A stretch of DNA of 64,000 bases from an uncultured Verrucomicrobiae bacterium (GTDB taxonomy: Bacteria; Verrucomicrobiota; Verrucomicrobiia; Chthoniobacterales; UBA10450), in NCBI GenBank assembly GCA_963815455.1, contig CAWFGO010000002.1:608001-672000 (forward strand), given 5' to 3'. Of this stretch, positions 18,805 through 28,318 are shown one piece after another. A model generated the notes under the pieces. The model made no database searches, was not told the origin of the DNA, and saw only the letters and a list, made by a program, of their open reading frames with translations. Both the position numbers and the translations under genes were made by a program. How positions within the stretch are numbered: position 1 is the stretch's first letter; each line of letters starts with the position of its first letter.

Positions 18805-20195
18805 CGTTTGCTCAATTTCTTCGGCGGACGCGCCAGATCTGTCGCGCGCGGTTCGTTTCCATGTTTCTTCCCGGCGTCTTTGAGCTTCGGCTCGAAATCG
18901 AGTGAAGCTGGTTCACTCGCGCAAGCCCGAGCCAGCCGGGCCAACGCCACGTTGTGCAAGTAGATCGCGCTTAATCGTGTGGTGCGCGTCCGGGTGACAT
19001 CGGACGCCGCCTGCAAGATGTCGAGCTGTGTCCCAAGACCAGCAGAAAGGTTGGTCTTGGCAATCTCCAGGGATTCGTCCGCGGTCTGCACATTTTGCGT
19101 TTCCGTTTCCAGCACACGCTCAGCCTGGTCGAGATCAAAAAAAGCGCTTCGGACTTCCGAGGCGACCGCGCGCCGGGCGGCGTCGAGCGCTTGCACCGCG
19201 GCTTCCCGGCGCGCCCGGGTGGCTTGGAGCCGTCCCTTGGTGGCAAACCCGTCGAACACATGCCAGTTCGCGTTAACACCCACCAGGTAACCATGGTTGA
19301 ATTCCTGGCCTACCGCGGGGTCCCGTTCGTTGTAAACTTCGTAACCGGAAAAAAATTGAACCTGCGGTCGAAGCTCGCTTCGCTCCAGCGTGTATTGTCG
19401 ATCCTGTATCGCAATGTCCTTCTCCCTCGCTTTGATTTCCGGCCGGTTCGCATCCGCCCGGGCGAGGCATTCATTTAGATCGGGATGGCGCGGATGATAT
19501 TCGAGCCGCCCGGAAACTTCGAACGGCGCGTCCGCTGCGGCCGGTTGAAAATCGATCCCGCAAAGTTCTCCAAGCTTTAGGTAGGAATTTTTCAACTGCG
19601 TCTGCGCGTTGATTAGTTCCGGCCGCTCGTTGGCCAGGGCGACTTCGGCGCGGCGAACATTGAGCGTGCCCACGATCCCCGCGCTCAGTCTTTCCTCCTG
19701 GCTCTTGAGTTCCTCATCCAGGACGCGCACCGAATCTTCGCGTACGTGAATTCTGGCGCGGTTCAAAAGCAGTTCGTTGAAGGCAATTCGCACCTCCATC
19801 GCCACGCGATTGGCGATTTCCTGAAACTCGTATTCCTGCCGCTCAATGCTCAGCCGCGCAATCGCCATCTGGCTGGTGACCGCGCCGCCAGTGTAGAGAT
19901 TTTGCAACAGCCGCACCGACGCGTTGTAGTCTTCATCGCGCAGATTTGTTTGCTGCTGATGCTCTCGTTTGTCGAGCAGCCCGGTGGACGTTATCGATGG
20001 AAGGAAACCGGAACGCGCCGTCATCAGATCTCCGCGCGCGGCCTCAATTTTCTTGCGCGCAATCGCTATTTCGGGATTCTGAGTTTGGGCCAGCGCGACC
20101 GCTTGGTCGATGGTATAGACCGGCGGAGCCGCCCGCGATGCAGCCGCCGAAACCACGGCTATAAGCGGCGCAATGACCCATGACTCCAGACGCAT
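18801..20195 (-). CDS. TolC-family outer membrane efflux protein
   Basis: Signal peptide, AVALAQTQNPEI, ARSGFLPSI, NRPEIKA, GLGTQLDILQA. Confidence 0.85.
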   Translation of the reverse strand: MRLESWVIAPLIAVVSAAASRAAPPVYTIDQAVALAQTQNPEIAIARKKIEAARGDLMTARSGFLPSITSTGLLDKREHQQQTNLRDEDYNASVRLLQNLYTGGAVTSQMAIARLSIERQEYEFQEIANRVAMEVRIAFNELLLNRARIHVREDSVRVLDEELKSQEERLSAGIVGTLNVRRAEVALANERPELINAQTQLKNSYLKLGELCGIDFQPAAADAPFEVSGRLEYHPRHPDLNECLARADANRPEIKAREKDIAIQDRQYTLERSELRPQVQFFSGYEVYNERDPAVGQEFNHGYLVGVNANWHVFDGFATKGRLQATRARREAAVQALDAARRAVASEVRSAFFDLDQAERVLETETQNVQTADESLEIAKTNLSAGLGTQLDILQAASDVTRTRTTRLSAIYLHNVALARLARACASEPASLDFEPKLKDAGKKHGNEPRATDLARPPKKLSKR

Positions 20196-20392
20196 TTAGC
20201 TTATCTCCTCACCATGGCTTGCCTTTTTCAACAAAAATCCCTCTGGTTTTTATGGTTATATCAGTTCTTGCGCGCAGGCCAAACTCGGTGCAAACTCCGC
20301 ACTTTTGAGGGTCTACCCTCAACAAAAACCTCTAACTTGATTCTTGCACCCGCCGCTGTGACACGGCTAGCCTTAGCAACCTTAACCCCGAA

Positions 20393-21496
20393 ATGAGAAA
20401 AATTAGAATCGCGATTGTCGGCGTCGGAAACTGCGCCAGTTCACTTGTCCAGGGAATCAATTTCTACAATGGCGCCTCCCCCAATGGCACCAGCGTCGGC
20501 CTGATGCACCGCCAGATCGGCTCTTACAAGCCCAGCGACATCGAAGTCGTGGCCGCGTTCGACATCGACCGGCGCAAGGTAGGCCTCGATGTCAGCAGGG
20601 CGATCTTCTCGCCCCCCAACTGCACTAAGGTCTTCTGCGACAAGGTTAAACTCACCGGCGCGATCGTGAAAATGGGCTGCGTATTTGACAGTTTCGCCCC
20701 CCACATGGCCGAGCAGGACCCGCTCCGCACCTTCCTCCCGCTGGAAAAGGAATCCACCCGCGAGGAAATCATCTCCGAGCTCAAGAATTCCTCCGCCGAA
20801 ATGATGGTCAATTATCTACCGGTCGGCTCCGAGGAAGCGACCCGTTTCTACGCCAGTTGCGCCCTCGAAGCCGGGCTCGGTTTCGTCAATAACATCCCCG
20901 TTTTCATCGCCAGTGATCCCGTTTGGGCAAAGAAATTTGCCGATAAAAATCTCCCGCTGGTCGGCGACGACATCAAAGCGCAGCTCGGGGCCACGGTTTT
21001 GCATCGCAGCATTGTCGATCTTTTCCGCAAACGCGGAGTCAAAGTCGAACGGACCTATCAGCTGAACACCGGCGGCAACACCGATTTCCTGAACATGCTC
21101 AATCGCGCCCGGCTGGCCTCGAAGAAAACTTCAAAGACTGAATCGGTGCAATCGGTCATGGGCGAACGCCTGGCCGACGAGAACATTCACATTGGACCCA
21201 GCGATTACGTTCCCTGGCAGCTCGACAACAAGATCGCCTTTATCCGTGTTGAAGGCCGGCTCTTCGGAAACGTCCCGATGGAACTCGACGTTAAGCTTTC
21301 GGTCGAGGACTCGCCCAACTCGGCCGGAATCGCCATTGACTCCATTCGCTGCTGCAAGCTCGCACTCGATCGCGGGATCGGCGGTGTCCTCCATTCGCCA
21401 TCCGCATTTTTCTCCAAGCATCCGCCCGTCCAGATGACCGACGACGAAGCTCACCGGTGCGTCGAGCAATTCATCCGCGGCGAGCGCGAGAACTAG
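20393..21496 (+). CDS. ino1: Inositol-3-phosphate synthase
   Basis: AIVGVGNCASSLVQG, GDDIKAQLGAT, YQLNTGGNTDFLNM, DSPNSAG. Confidence 0.93.
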   Translation: MRKIRIAIVGVGNCASSLVQGINFYNGASPNGTSVGLMHRQIGSYKPSDIEVVAAFDIDRRKVGLDVSRAIFSPPNCTKVFCDKVKLTGAIVKMGCVFDSFAPHMAEQDPLRTFLPLEKESTREEIISELKNSSAEMMVNYLPVGSEEATRFYASCALEAGLGFVNNIPVFIASDPVWAKKFADKNLPLVGDDIKAQLGATVLHRSIVDLFRKRGVKVERTYQLNTGGNTDFLNMLNRARLASKKTSKTESVQSVMGERLADENIHIGPSDYVPWQLDNKIAFIRVEGRLFGNVPMELDVKLSVEDSPNSAGIAIDSIRCCKLALDRGIGGVLHSPSAFFSKHPPVQMTDDEAHRCVEQFIRGEREN

Positions 21497-24400
21497 CCGG
21501 TTAGATCTCGCAGACGTTTCCACTCGCGGAATAGTTCGTCCGGTTCAAAGCGGACAATTACGCCGGTTGCTGTTGAATAAAGCGCCGCTTCGACGGGTAA
21601 ATTGGCCATCTCGCTCACTGCTTTCCAATAGGATGCGAGCTGGGGACGATATAATTTACGCAATTCGTCAAGTTCGTTAGGCCCAACGCGATTCGTTTTC
21701 CAATCAAGGATTAACGCTTTGTCGGCCGTCCGATCAATCAGGGCGAGGTCGATCACGCCTTCGAGGCACGTGCGTTCGCTCATTCGCCAGAGAAATTGCA
21801 TCTCTGAATGCGCGGCCAATTCAGCGCGGGAGAGAAGCTCCGAGAAATCCCGGTCGTTCTGCAGGCATAGCAGGAAGAGGTTCCATTCATCCGCGGACCG
21901 CTTCGGTTCTGGCGATGTCATCTGGTGTTTTTCGAAAGTTTGTTTCCATGAAGTTTTGTCACGCCACGATACCCGTTGCATCAAGTCATGCCACCAACGC
22001 CCATACAACGTGGCGGGCGTGTCCGCAGTCGATTGGCCGATGCCGAGCCAGGACGAACGTTCATTGATTTCACCGGCCGGCGCCCGGATGATCTCCTCGT
22101 CGTAGCCGCTCGGATTAAACTTTCGAACGAAGGCTTCTGCGCGTCGTTGCGCTATTTTCAGTCCTTTTCGATCGATCCGCAGAAGCGGTTGCGCATCCAC
22201 CTCGACCGCGCGGGCAGTGGCCAGCTCTCTTGCCTTTGCTGTCTCCTGGCAAGTCCCCGGCTCGAGGCTGAGAGCGTCGAAGTGCGGTTGGTTGATGTTC
22301 TTTTCACCGAGCAGGCATTTCAGTTGCGCGTCGTTTTGCGTGCCTCCACTGGCGCGCGCGAAAATTTCTTCATCAAGCGCGAGGACTAGCGTGTGGCGCG
22401 CGCGGGTAATGGCGACGTAAAGAAGTCGCGCCATCTCCTGACGCACAGCCATCTTGGTCGCGTCGCGGTCCTCGCTTTTGAAATCGTCTTTCGTCAACGC
22501 CACCAGGACTTCGCTCGAACCCGGGACCTTGATAATACTGGGATAACGCGGTGACGGCGGCGGGACATTGCGCGCGAGGAAAGGCAGAATGACGGCCTGC
22601 CATTCCGATCCTTTCGCTTTCTGAGCCGTAATGAGGTGAATGCCTTCGTCGTGCGAACGGCGGACCTCGCGCGGGAGAAGAAAATCGAGGCGCAGCTTTT
22701 CTGCGAAATCGGCGAGTGTGCTGCCGGCGGCCTCGGCCTCCGCCGCGAATGCGAGGAGGCGATCAAGATCGCCTTCGAGATCATCAAAATCTTCCCGTGG
22801 AAGAGCGGTAAGCTTTTGACGTAATTGCGTTTGCTCGACCAAAAATTGTACGGCGTCGAACAGGGCGCGGCCCTCCACTTGTCGCTGCGTTTCGGCGAGC
22901 AAACGAAGCGGCGAAGAAACAATGCCGGTGGCGGCTTGCCGTGCATCTAGTTGAAACCGGCTCCCTTGGCCTTCACAGAAGATCGCAAGATCACGATCCG
23001 CGATGCCGAAGACTTCGCGCAGAACGCCCACGATTTCGTAGCTGTTGCTCGGATCGGCCATGATCGTGCAAAGCGCAGTCAGCCAGGCATAAGCCGGGTT
23101 ATCTCCCCTGAGATCGCTTTCCGATTGCATCGAAACCGGGAGATCGACGCGGCGCAATGCGTTAGCCATGGTGCGGAGCCACGCCTTGCGCGGGCACAGA
23201 ATCGCCACATCGCGCCAGGTGTCGGCGCGCAGGTTCTCGAGTCCCGTCTGTTTGATCCAATCAGCGAGCTCTCTTGCTTCGATCTGCGCCTTGCGATACT
23301 CCTTCAGCTTTTGTCCGGCCGGAAGAAGGCCCGCGCCGAGCGACACGCGAATGACCTGGCCGGGAAGAACATCTTCACGCGGCTGAAGATTAACGAATTT
23401 CACCTGCCCCTCTTTTTCGTTCAGGATATTGCCAAAAATATCGTTCACGAAATCCAGCTGCTTTTGGTCGAGCCGGAACGTGACCGAAAATTCGAGCGTG
23501 TCACCGGCATCGGTTCCAACAAGCGCGTCATGAATGGCCTGGTAATTTTTCAAATCCGCGCGGTCGCGATAGATCGATTGCTGGAAATCGCCCACCATGC
23601 AGAAGTGCCCGGCCCGCGGCGGCGCGGCGCCTGTTTCCAGCCAGCGACCGGTCGCCTGGGGTGGGCGTGCCAGTTCAGCCAGAACCAAGAATTGCACGGG
23701 ATCGGTATCCTGCGCTTCGTCGAGAATCACGCGAAAATTTTCCTCGCGCAATCGTCGGCCGGCGTCGGGATGCTGCAATAATTCGTCGGCCAGAGCGACT
23801 TGGTCCGCGTAGGTGACCAGTCCACGGGCGACGCGAAAATTCCGGAAATCGCGCTGCACTTCCGCGGCCACACAACGGGCCGCGTCGGCTACCCAGCCGC
23901 GCAACGGCGCGAAGATCGCGGTCCACGTTTCCTTGAATTTCTCTGCTTCGCAGCTGCGGATGGGCCAGCGGACAAACTCCCACCCGGATTTGCGACGTGC
24001 CTCCCATTCGGCCAGCTCCGCTTGTGAATCGGTAATCGTGTTGAGCGATCTGCCGGAAGCAACGACGGCGTGAATCCGAGCGGTATCGACCTCGGGACAC
24101 GGGCCGATTTCGGTCGTCGCCGCAAGCAGCGAGCGCGCATTGCGTCCCAGCTCCATGAGTTGCCGCGCCGGCGCGAGGCGAAAGAGCGCTGTGCGCGTTT
24201 CCTCGCTCAGGCTACGCCCGAAGTGATGATGTTGTTGGACGAAAGCCTGCCAGATTTCCTCATCATCTTCCGCTACCAAATCCAGCGGAAAAGGCAGGCC
24301 GAGATGGTGTCCGTGACTCATGAGCAGTTTCATGCAGAAGCTGTGAATCGTGCCGAAGAACGCGCGATTGAAAGCCGCCTGAATATCAGGTGAGCGATGC

Positions 24401-24636
24401 TCTTGGAGAATGCGTTGCCGGGTGCGCTGTTGCATCTCGTCGGCGGCCCGATGCGTGAACGTGACCACGACCAGCTTGGGCAGAATTTCCCGCGCGTTGG
24501 GGCCCCCCGCCAGATGGACAATGCGCTCGGTGATGGCGTAGGTCTTTCCCGAACCGGCAGAGGCGACGACGGAGAAATTGCGATCCAATTCCTCCGCGAA
24601 CCGCCGCCGGGCTGCATGATCGCGCGGTTCGCTCAC
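21493..24636 (-). CDS. addA: UvrD-like helicase/PD-(D/E)XK nuclease, AddA-like
   Basis: ASAGSGKT, VTFTHRAADEM, LDEAQDT, VGDFQQSIY, KGSEW, LLYVAITRAR, GVIDL..ILDWKT. Confidence 0.8.
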   Translation of the reverse strand: MSEPRDHAARRRFAEELDRNFSVVASAGSGKTYAITERIVHLAGGPNAREILPKLVVVTFTHRAADEMQQRTRQRILQEHRSPDIQAAFNRAFFGTIHSFCMKLLMSHGHHLGLPFPLDLVAEDDEEIWQAFVQQHHHFGRSLSEETRTALFRLAPARQLMELGRNARSLLAATTEIGPCPEVDTARIHAVVASGRSLNTITDSQAELAEWEARRKSGWEFVRWPIRSCEAEKFKETWTAIFAPLRGWVADAARCVAAEVQRDFRNFRVARGLVTYADQVALADELLQHPDAGRRLREENFRVILDEAQDTDPVQFLVLAELARPPQATGRWLETGAAPPRAGHFCMVGDFQQSIYRDRADLKNYQAIHDALVGTDAGDTLEFSVTFRLDQKQLDFVNDIFGNILNEKEGQVKFVNLQPREDVLPGQVIRVSLGAGLLPAGQKLKEYRKAQIEARELADWIKQTGLENLRADTWRDVAILCPRKAWLRTMANALRRVDLPVSMQSESDLRGDNPAYAWLTALCTIMADPSNSYEIVGVLREVFGIADRDLAIFCEGQGSRFQLDARQAATGIVSSPLRLLAETQRQVEGRALFDAVQFLVEQTQLRQKLTALPREDFDDLEGDLDRLLAFAAEAEAAGSTLADFAEKLRLDFLLPREVRRSHDEGIHLITAQKAKGSEWQAVILPFLARNVPPPSPRYPSIIKVPGSSEVLVALTKDDFKSEDRDATKMAVRQEMARLLYVAITRARHTLVLALDEEIFARASGGTQNDAQLKCLLGEKNINQPHFDALSLEPGTCQETAKARELATARAVEVDAQPLLRIDRKGLKIAQRRAEAFVRKFNPSGYDEEIIRAPAGEINERSSWLGIGQSTADTPATLYGRWWHDLMQRVSWRDKTSWKQTFEKHQMTSPEPKRSADEWNLFLLCLQNDRDFSELLSRAELAAHSEMQFLWRMSERTCLEGVIDLALIDRTADKALILDWKTNRVGPNELDELRKLYRPQLASYWKAVSEMANLPVEAALYSTATGVIVRFEPDELFREWKRLRDLTG

Positions 24637-27600
24637 GAGTAGAAGTCCTCCTCATCTTTAACCAGCGCCGGATGGGTGAGCTCCCAACGTTGCTCAAGAA
24701 TGTCCTGCTCCACCGCGAGGGTGGCCAGCGGATAGGCATCGATAAATTGATAGTCGGAGCGCAACGGTCCGTGCAGGCCGAAAACGCCGGTCCGTTGCAT
24801 TTTCGCCAGCTCGGCAAAAATCTCGGCCTCGCTCGAAAATTCATTTCCCGAAATCTGCGGGGCAAATGGCCTAACGCCTGGCGAAAGCAGACTGGCCTCG
24901 GTCTCTCTCGCGCCGAGCGCGCCGGCCGCGATGGAGTAAAGGCCAAGCTGCAGGGCCGTGCGATCGAGCAGCCTCTTCTTGAGGGCGGGGCGGCGGCCAT
25001 CCGCATCCATTTTCCCCGCGAACAGGGCCTTCTTGGCGCCGATTTTGTAATCGATAATCCAAAGATGCTCGCTCGCGAGCGACCCGGCGGATGGCTCGTC
25101 GCGCGCGAGAAGGAGATCGATGCGGCCGCGCAAAGAAAGGGCTTCAGCGTTGACAGGGAAACTGCCTTCGATACTCCATTCCGTGGCCATCCAGGGCCAG
25201 TCGGCCACCGTCGCCAGTTTTTCGGCCAGAACGCGAGCGAGAAAGAGCGCGTGTCGCCAGCCACCCATCCACCAATCGGGCACCGATCTCCCGGCTGCGT
25301 CGCAAAGGCGCTCGATCTCCGAGCGCTTTGCTTTTGCGGCGGCGCATACGCATTCCTCGATTTCGGCAGCCGACGGGAAATGAGCGAATTTCTTCTCTCC
25401 GCCTTGGGCGATAGCGGCGAGCCAGCTGTGCACCCATTTTCCAGTCGAGGTGTTCCAGACATTGTCGCTTTCCTCGGGCGCCTCGACGCCGAGATATTTT
25501 TTCATCCAGACAAGTGCAGGCGCGAGGAGGAGCTGCTCGAAATCGCTCACACTCAAGACGGGAACTGCCGGAGGGTTCGACGAGAACGCGAAGTCGTACT
25601 CTCCGGAGCGTGCAGTCGGATCCCGGCGGGCATCGTAGGCAATCCGCGCCGGCTCGGTTTTCGGCGACGCCGCATCGTTTTTCTTTTTATCGCGCGTCTC
25701 GAGGATCCAGCGACGGGTCCGCATTTGCAGATCGCTCAACGCCGGCTGGGTCAGCGCCCGGCGATACGTTTCCTGATAATGCCGGGTAAACAATTCGCTC
25801 GGGTTCCAAAGACGTTCCGGGGCAGATTCCTGGATCAGACTCGCGGTGAACGCGATTCCCTCAGTGGCTGATTCGAGCAAATTTTGAAATTGCCGCAGCG
25901 CCATCTGTCGCTGCTCGGATGGGCCGAGATAAAGCGAATAGCCATCGCGGACGCTGGTATGTCCCTCGCCCTGGCGGCCTTGTTTTGTGGCCCGGCGGTT
26001 CAGTTGCCGGATACTGCGATTGAATTTTTGAATTTCCTCTTCCCGCGCAAACTCGCCCCGGTCGGGAGGCGGCCAGCTTCCTTCGTTCAATCCAGCAAGA
26101 ATCAGATGGGACCACTCCTGTCCCTGCGCCTGCGGGATGGTCATCAGCTGAACCCGTGCGTAGGGATGATCACCTGCCGGGTCGCGGCCCACGCTGAAGG
26201 TGGAGGCAATTTCTTCCAGCCATCGCAAATACAATGCTCGCGAGAAATCAGCTTTGACCTTGCCGGCCCAGTCGCTGCTTCGACTCGCGACTTCCATCCA
26301 ATGCTGTTTCCAATTCAGCCGCGAAAACGCACTTTTCGTTGCGTCGAGGAATACCGAAAAAGTTGCGTGCGCCGGAAGAAATTCAATCGTCTGAAGCGCT
26401 TTCGCGACCTGTTGATTCCTTTGGTTCGGCTCGTCGGTGCAGAACTTTTGCAAGATGGCCAGGTCGTCGATCAGGACGTCAGCGTAGGCGGAGCGGAGTG
26501 TCCGTTCAAAGCGCTGGAGAGGCACGTCAGGAAATAGCTCGTCGCGATTTCGAAGCGCACCGAGAAATCGAAGGAGCGAATTGACCCGTGGCCCATGCTG
26601 AAGCTGCAACCAAGCGCGCCATTCGGCCGATTCAAACACGCCTGGAACAGGATGCCCGAGCCCATCGCTGTGCGGAATGGCAAACTTTGAAAGCGCGCCG
26701 GCAACCAGACGAGGCAGTGCTCCGCTATCCGGGAAGATGATACCAATATTTGTGCAACTTTTCTCAGCCAGGAATCGCAGACACAACAATGCAATCGCCT
26801 CGGCCTGCTCCGTGGTATCGGCACCGACGACGAACAAGGATGTCGCCCGCGGAACGCCGGTCCCTTTCATCTCCGCCTCGGTAAACAGGCTGTCGCCGAC
26901 TGGATTTGCCGGCCCCGATATCGGTTTCGCTTCGCCAAACCTTTCTTCCCATGTGCCGACCCACGTTTCGTCGATGTCGCGCGCTTCATCGCGCGGATCA
27001 TCGAGAAGGACTGTTGCTTCTTTCGCCGACGTGACTGCCGCCCGGAGGAGAGGCCAGAGCGGCCAGTGCGTGCCGTTAAATCCGGTCACGAGAATATTGG
27101 AAATGATGGGCGGACCGCCACTTGCCTGCTCAAGCGCCTGCCGATCGGCTGTGTGGATCAATTCGAACCCGCAATCCGCGAGTTGCTGTTGAAATCGGGC
27201 CTCCACCTTTCGCAACGCCGGAAGTTCGACTGCCGAAAAATCCCAACCCGCCGCGCCCAGCTGATCGATTGCCCGGAGCAAGTGATCGGGAGCGCGCGCC
27301 ACAGATTTTGCCGCGAGAAAATCGGCTTCCAACATGCGCTTCTCGCGCAGCGTTGGATCTTCCGGGAGTTCCATGCATTCCTCCGCGGCAATCGAGAGGA
27401 GAAGACGTAAATGTTCTCGGAGCGCAAGACGGGTCTCGGTTTGCGCTGCCAGCAGCTCCCGCAGTTCGGCCGGTGCGACGAATCGGATACCGAGAACCGA
27501 CACGCCGTGATCGAGCAGCCGGCTCTTGATCGCGTAAGCATGACTGCGAAGCGGCACCGCCACCAAAGTGGGCAGTTGCTGCTGCCACGCGACGCGACTC

Positions 27601-27677
27601 GCGGCGTCAAACCATGGCGCCAAAACCGATTCCCACGCCGCGGAAGGCGAGCAGCCGAAGTGGAGCGAGACATTCAT
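24633..27677 (-). CDS. addB: AddB-like inactive helicase/PD-(D/E)XK nuclease subunit
   Basis: AQGQEWSHLILAGLNEG, LRGRIDL...IIDYK...LQL.LY; overlaps the addA start. Confidence 0.7.
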   Translation of the reverse strand: MNVSLHFGCSPSAAWESVLAPWFDAASRVAWQQQLPTLVAVPLRSHAYAIKSRLLDHGVSVLGIRFVAPAELRELLAAQTETRLALREHLRLLLSIAAEECMELPEDPTLREKRMLEADFLAAKSVARAPDHLLRAIDQLGAAGWDFSAVELPALRKVEARFQQQLADCGFELIHTADRQALEQASGGPPIISNILVTGFNGTHWPLWPLLRAAVTSAKEATVLLDDPRDEARDIDETWVGTWEERFGEAKPISGPANPVGDSLFTEAEMKGTGVPRATSLFVVGADTTEQAEAIALLCLRFLAEKSCTNIGIIFPDSGALPRLVAGALSKFAIPHSDGLGHPVPGVFESAEWRAWLQLQHGPRVNSLLRFLGALRNRDELFPDVPLQRFERTLRSAYADVLIDDLAILQKFCTDEPNQRNQQVAKALQTIEFLPAHATFSVFLDATKSAFSRLNWKQHWMEVASRSSDWAGKVKADFSRALYLRWLEEIASTFSVGRDPAGDHPYARVQLMTIPQAQGQEWSHLILAGLNEGSWPPPDRGEFAREEEIQKFNRSIRQLNRRATKQGRQGEGHTSVRDGYSLYLGPSEQRQMALRQFQNLLESATEGIAFTASLIQESAPERLWNPSELFTRHYQETYRRALTQPALSDLQMRTRRWILETRDKKKNDAASPKTEPARIAYDARRDPTARSGEYDFAFSSNPPAVPVLSVSDFEQLLLAPALVWMKKYLGVEAPEESDNVWNTSTGKWVHSWLAAIAQGGEKKFAHFPSAAEIEECVCAAAKAKRSEIERLCDAAGRSVPDWWMGGWRHALFLARVLAEKLATVADWPWMATEWSIEGSFPVNAEALSLRGRIDLLLARDEPSAGSLASEHLWIIDYKIGAKKALFAGKMDADGRRPALKKRLLDRTALQLGLYSIAAGALGARETEASLLSPGVRPFAPQISGNEFSSEAEIFAELAKMQRTGVFGLHGPLRSDYQFIDAYPLATLAVEQDILEQRWELTHPALVKDEEDFYS

Positions 27678-27701
27678 GGGACGAATGGAACTGATGAGAC
27701 A
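27676..27701. repeat. 9-mer tandem repeat arm (downstream of four-helix-bundle gene)
   Basis: ATGGGACGA ATGGAACTG ATGAGACA; overlaps the addB start codon. Confidence 0.7.
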
Positions 27702-27708
27702 AATTGAG

Positions 27709-28299
27709 CTATGTCGAGCGCCTGCGGCTCTTTTTTGCGCGGTGAGTCAAACGCGCCCGGGTCATCCGCTCGCGGAGACCGCCTTCCTCTAGGAAATCGT
27801 TTTCCAGCCTACGGAGCAGTTGGTCGAGGAGAAAGTTTGCCTGGTGAATCAAGCAAATGAGAATATTTGCCACCACTTCGGGCGGGCGCGTTTCGACATA
27901 CGTCTCATAAGTCCTATATGTCACATCCTCTTTTCTGCCAAGCCTTCGCACAAACAACGCCTCCCGGCAGTTCTTCTCCCAAAGCCGCATCTTTCGCACT
28001 CTTAAAAAATCCAAATAGTCCTCGATAAGTTCTTGCAGGCTGGCTCGAGCCACACCGGTTAACTTAATCTCCGCTTCTTTGGATGTCGCCGAAGCCAAGC
28101 TACCCTCGATAATATTTTGTTTTCCCGAGCGCGCGGCTTGCACCATCTGGTCAACTGTGCGGTCCCGTTTGTCCAAAAACCGCTCGCAGAATCTCACCGT
28201 GGCCTGAAAAACGATCAGCGCTTTTTGGTAAGCAACAAGATCCTCATATCCGCCATGCGGCGGGATAAAACCTTCAGGCTCACCAGGCATATGTCCCAT
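27709..28299 (-). CDS. Four-helix-bundle (Avd/IVP-like) protein with suffix domain
   Basis: GGYEDLVAYQKA, RTVDQMVQAARSGKQNIIEGS, ARASLQELIEDY, F.EEGGLRERM..AR. Confidence 0.85.
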   Translation of the reverse strand: MGHMPGEPEGFIPPHGGYEDLVAYQKALIVFQATVRFCERFLDKRDRTVDQMVQAARSGKQNIIEGSLASATSKEAEIKLTGVARASLQELIEDYLDFLRVRKMRLWEKNCREALFVRRLGRKEDVTYRTYETYVETRPPEVVANILICLIHQANFLLDQLLRRLENDFLEEGGLRERMTRARLTHRAKKSRRRST

Positions 28300-28318
28300 T
28301 TGTCACATAGGTCCCATC
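28291..28318. repeat. 9-mer tandem repeat arm (upstream of four-helix-bundle gene), inverted relative to 27676-27701
   Basis: Minus strand ATGGGACCT ATGTGACAA ATGGGACAT immediately after the selB TAG. Confidence 0.7.

Noticed and set aside
20393..21496. Link between ino1 and the GT-C mannosyltransferase as an inositol-glycolipid pathway
   Set aside because: The genes are about 34 kb apart and no phosphatidylinositol synthase is in the window; unsupported
27709..28299. Diversity-generating retroelement (Avd)
   Set aside because: No reverse transcriptase and no template/variable repeat pair with adenine-specific differences in the window
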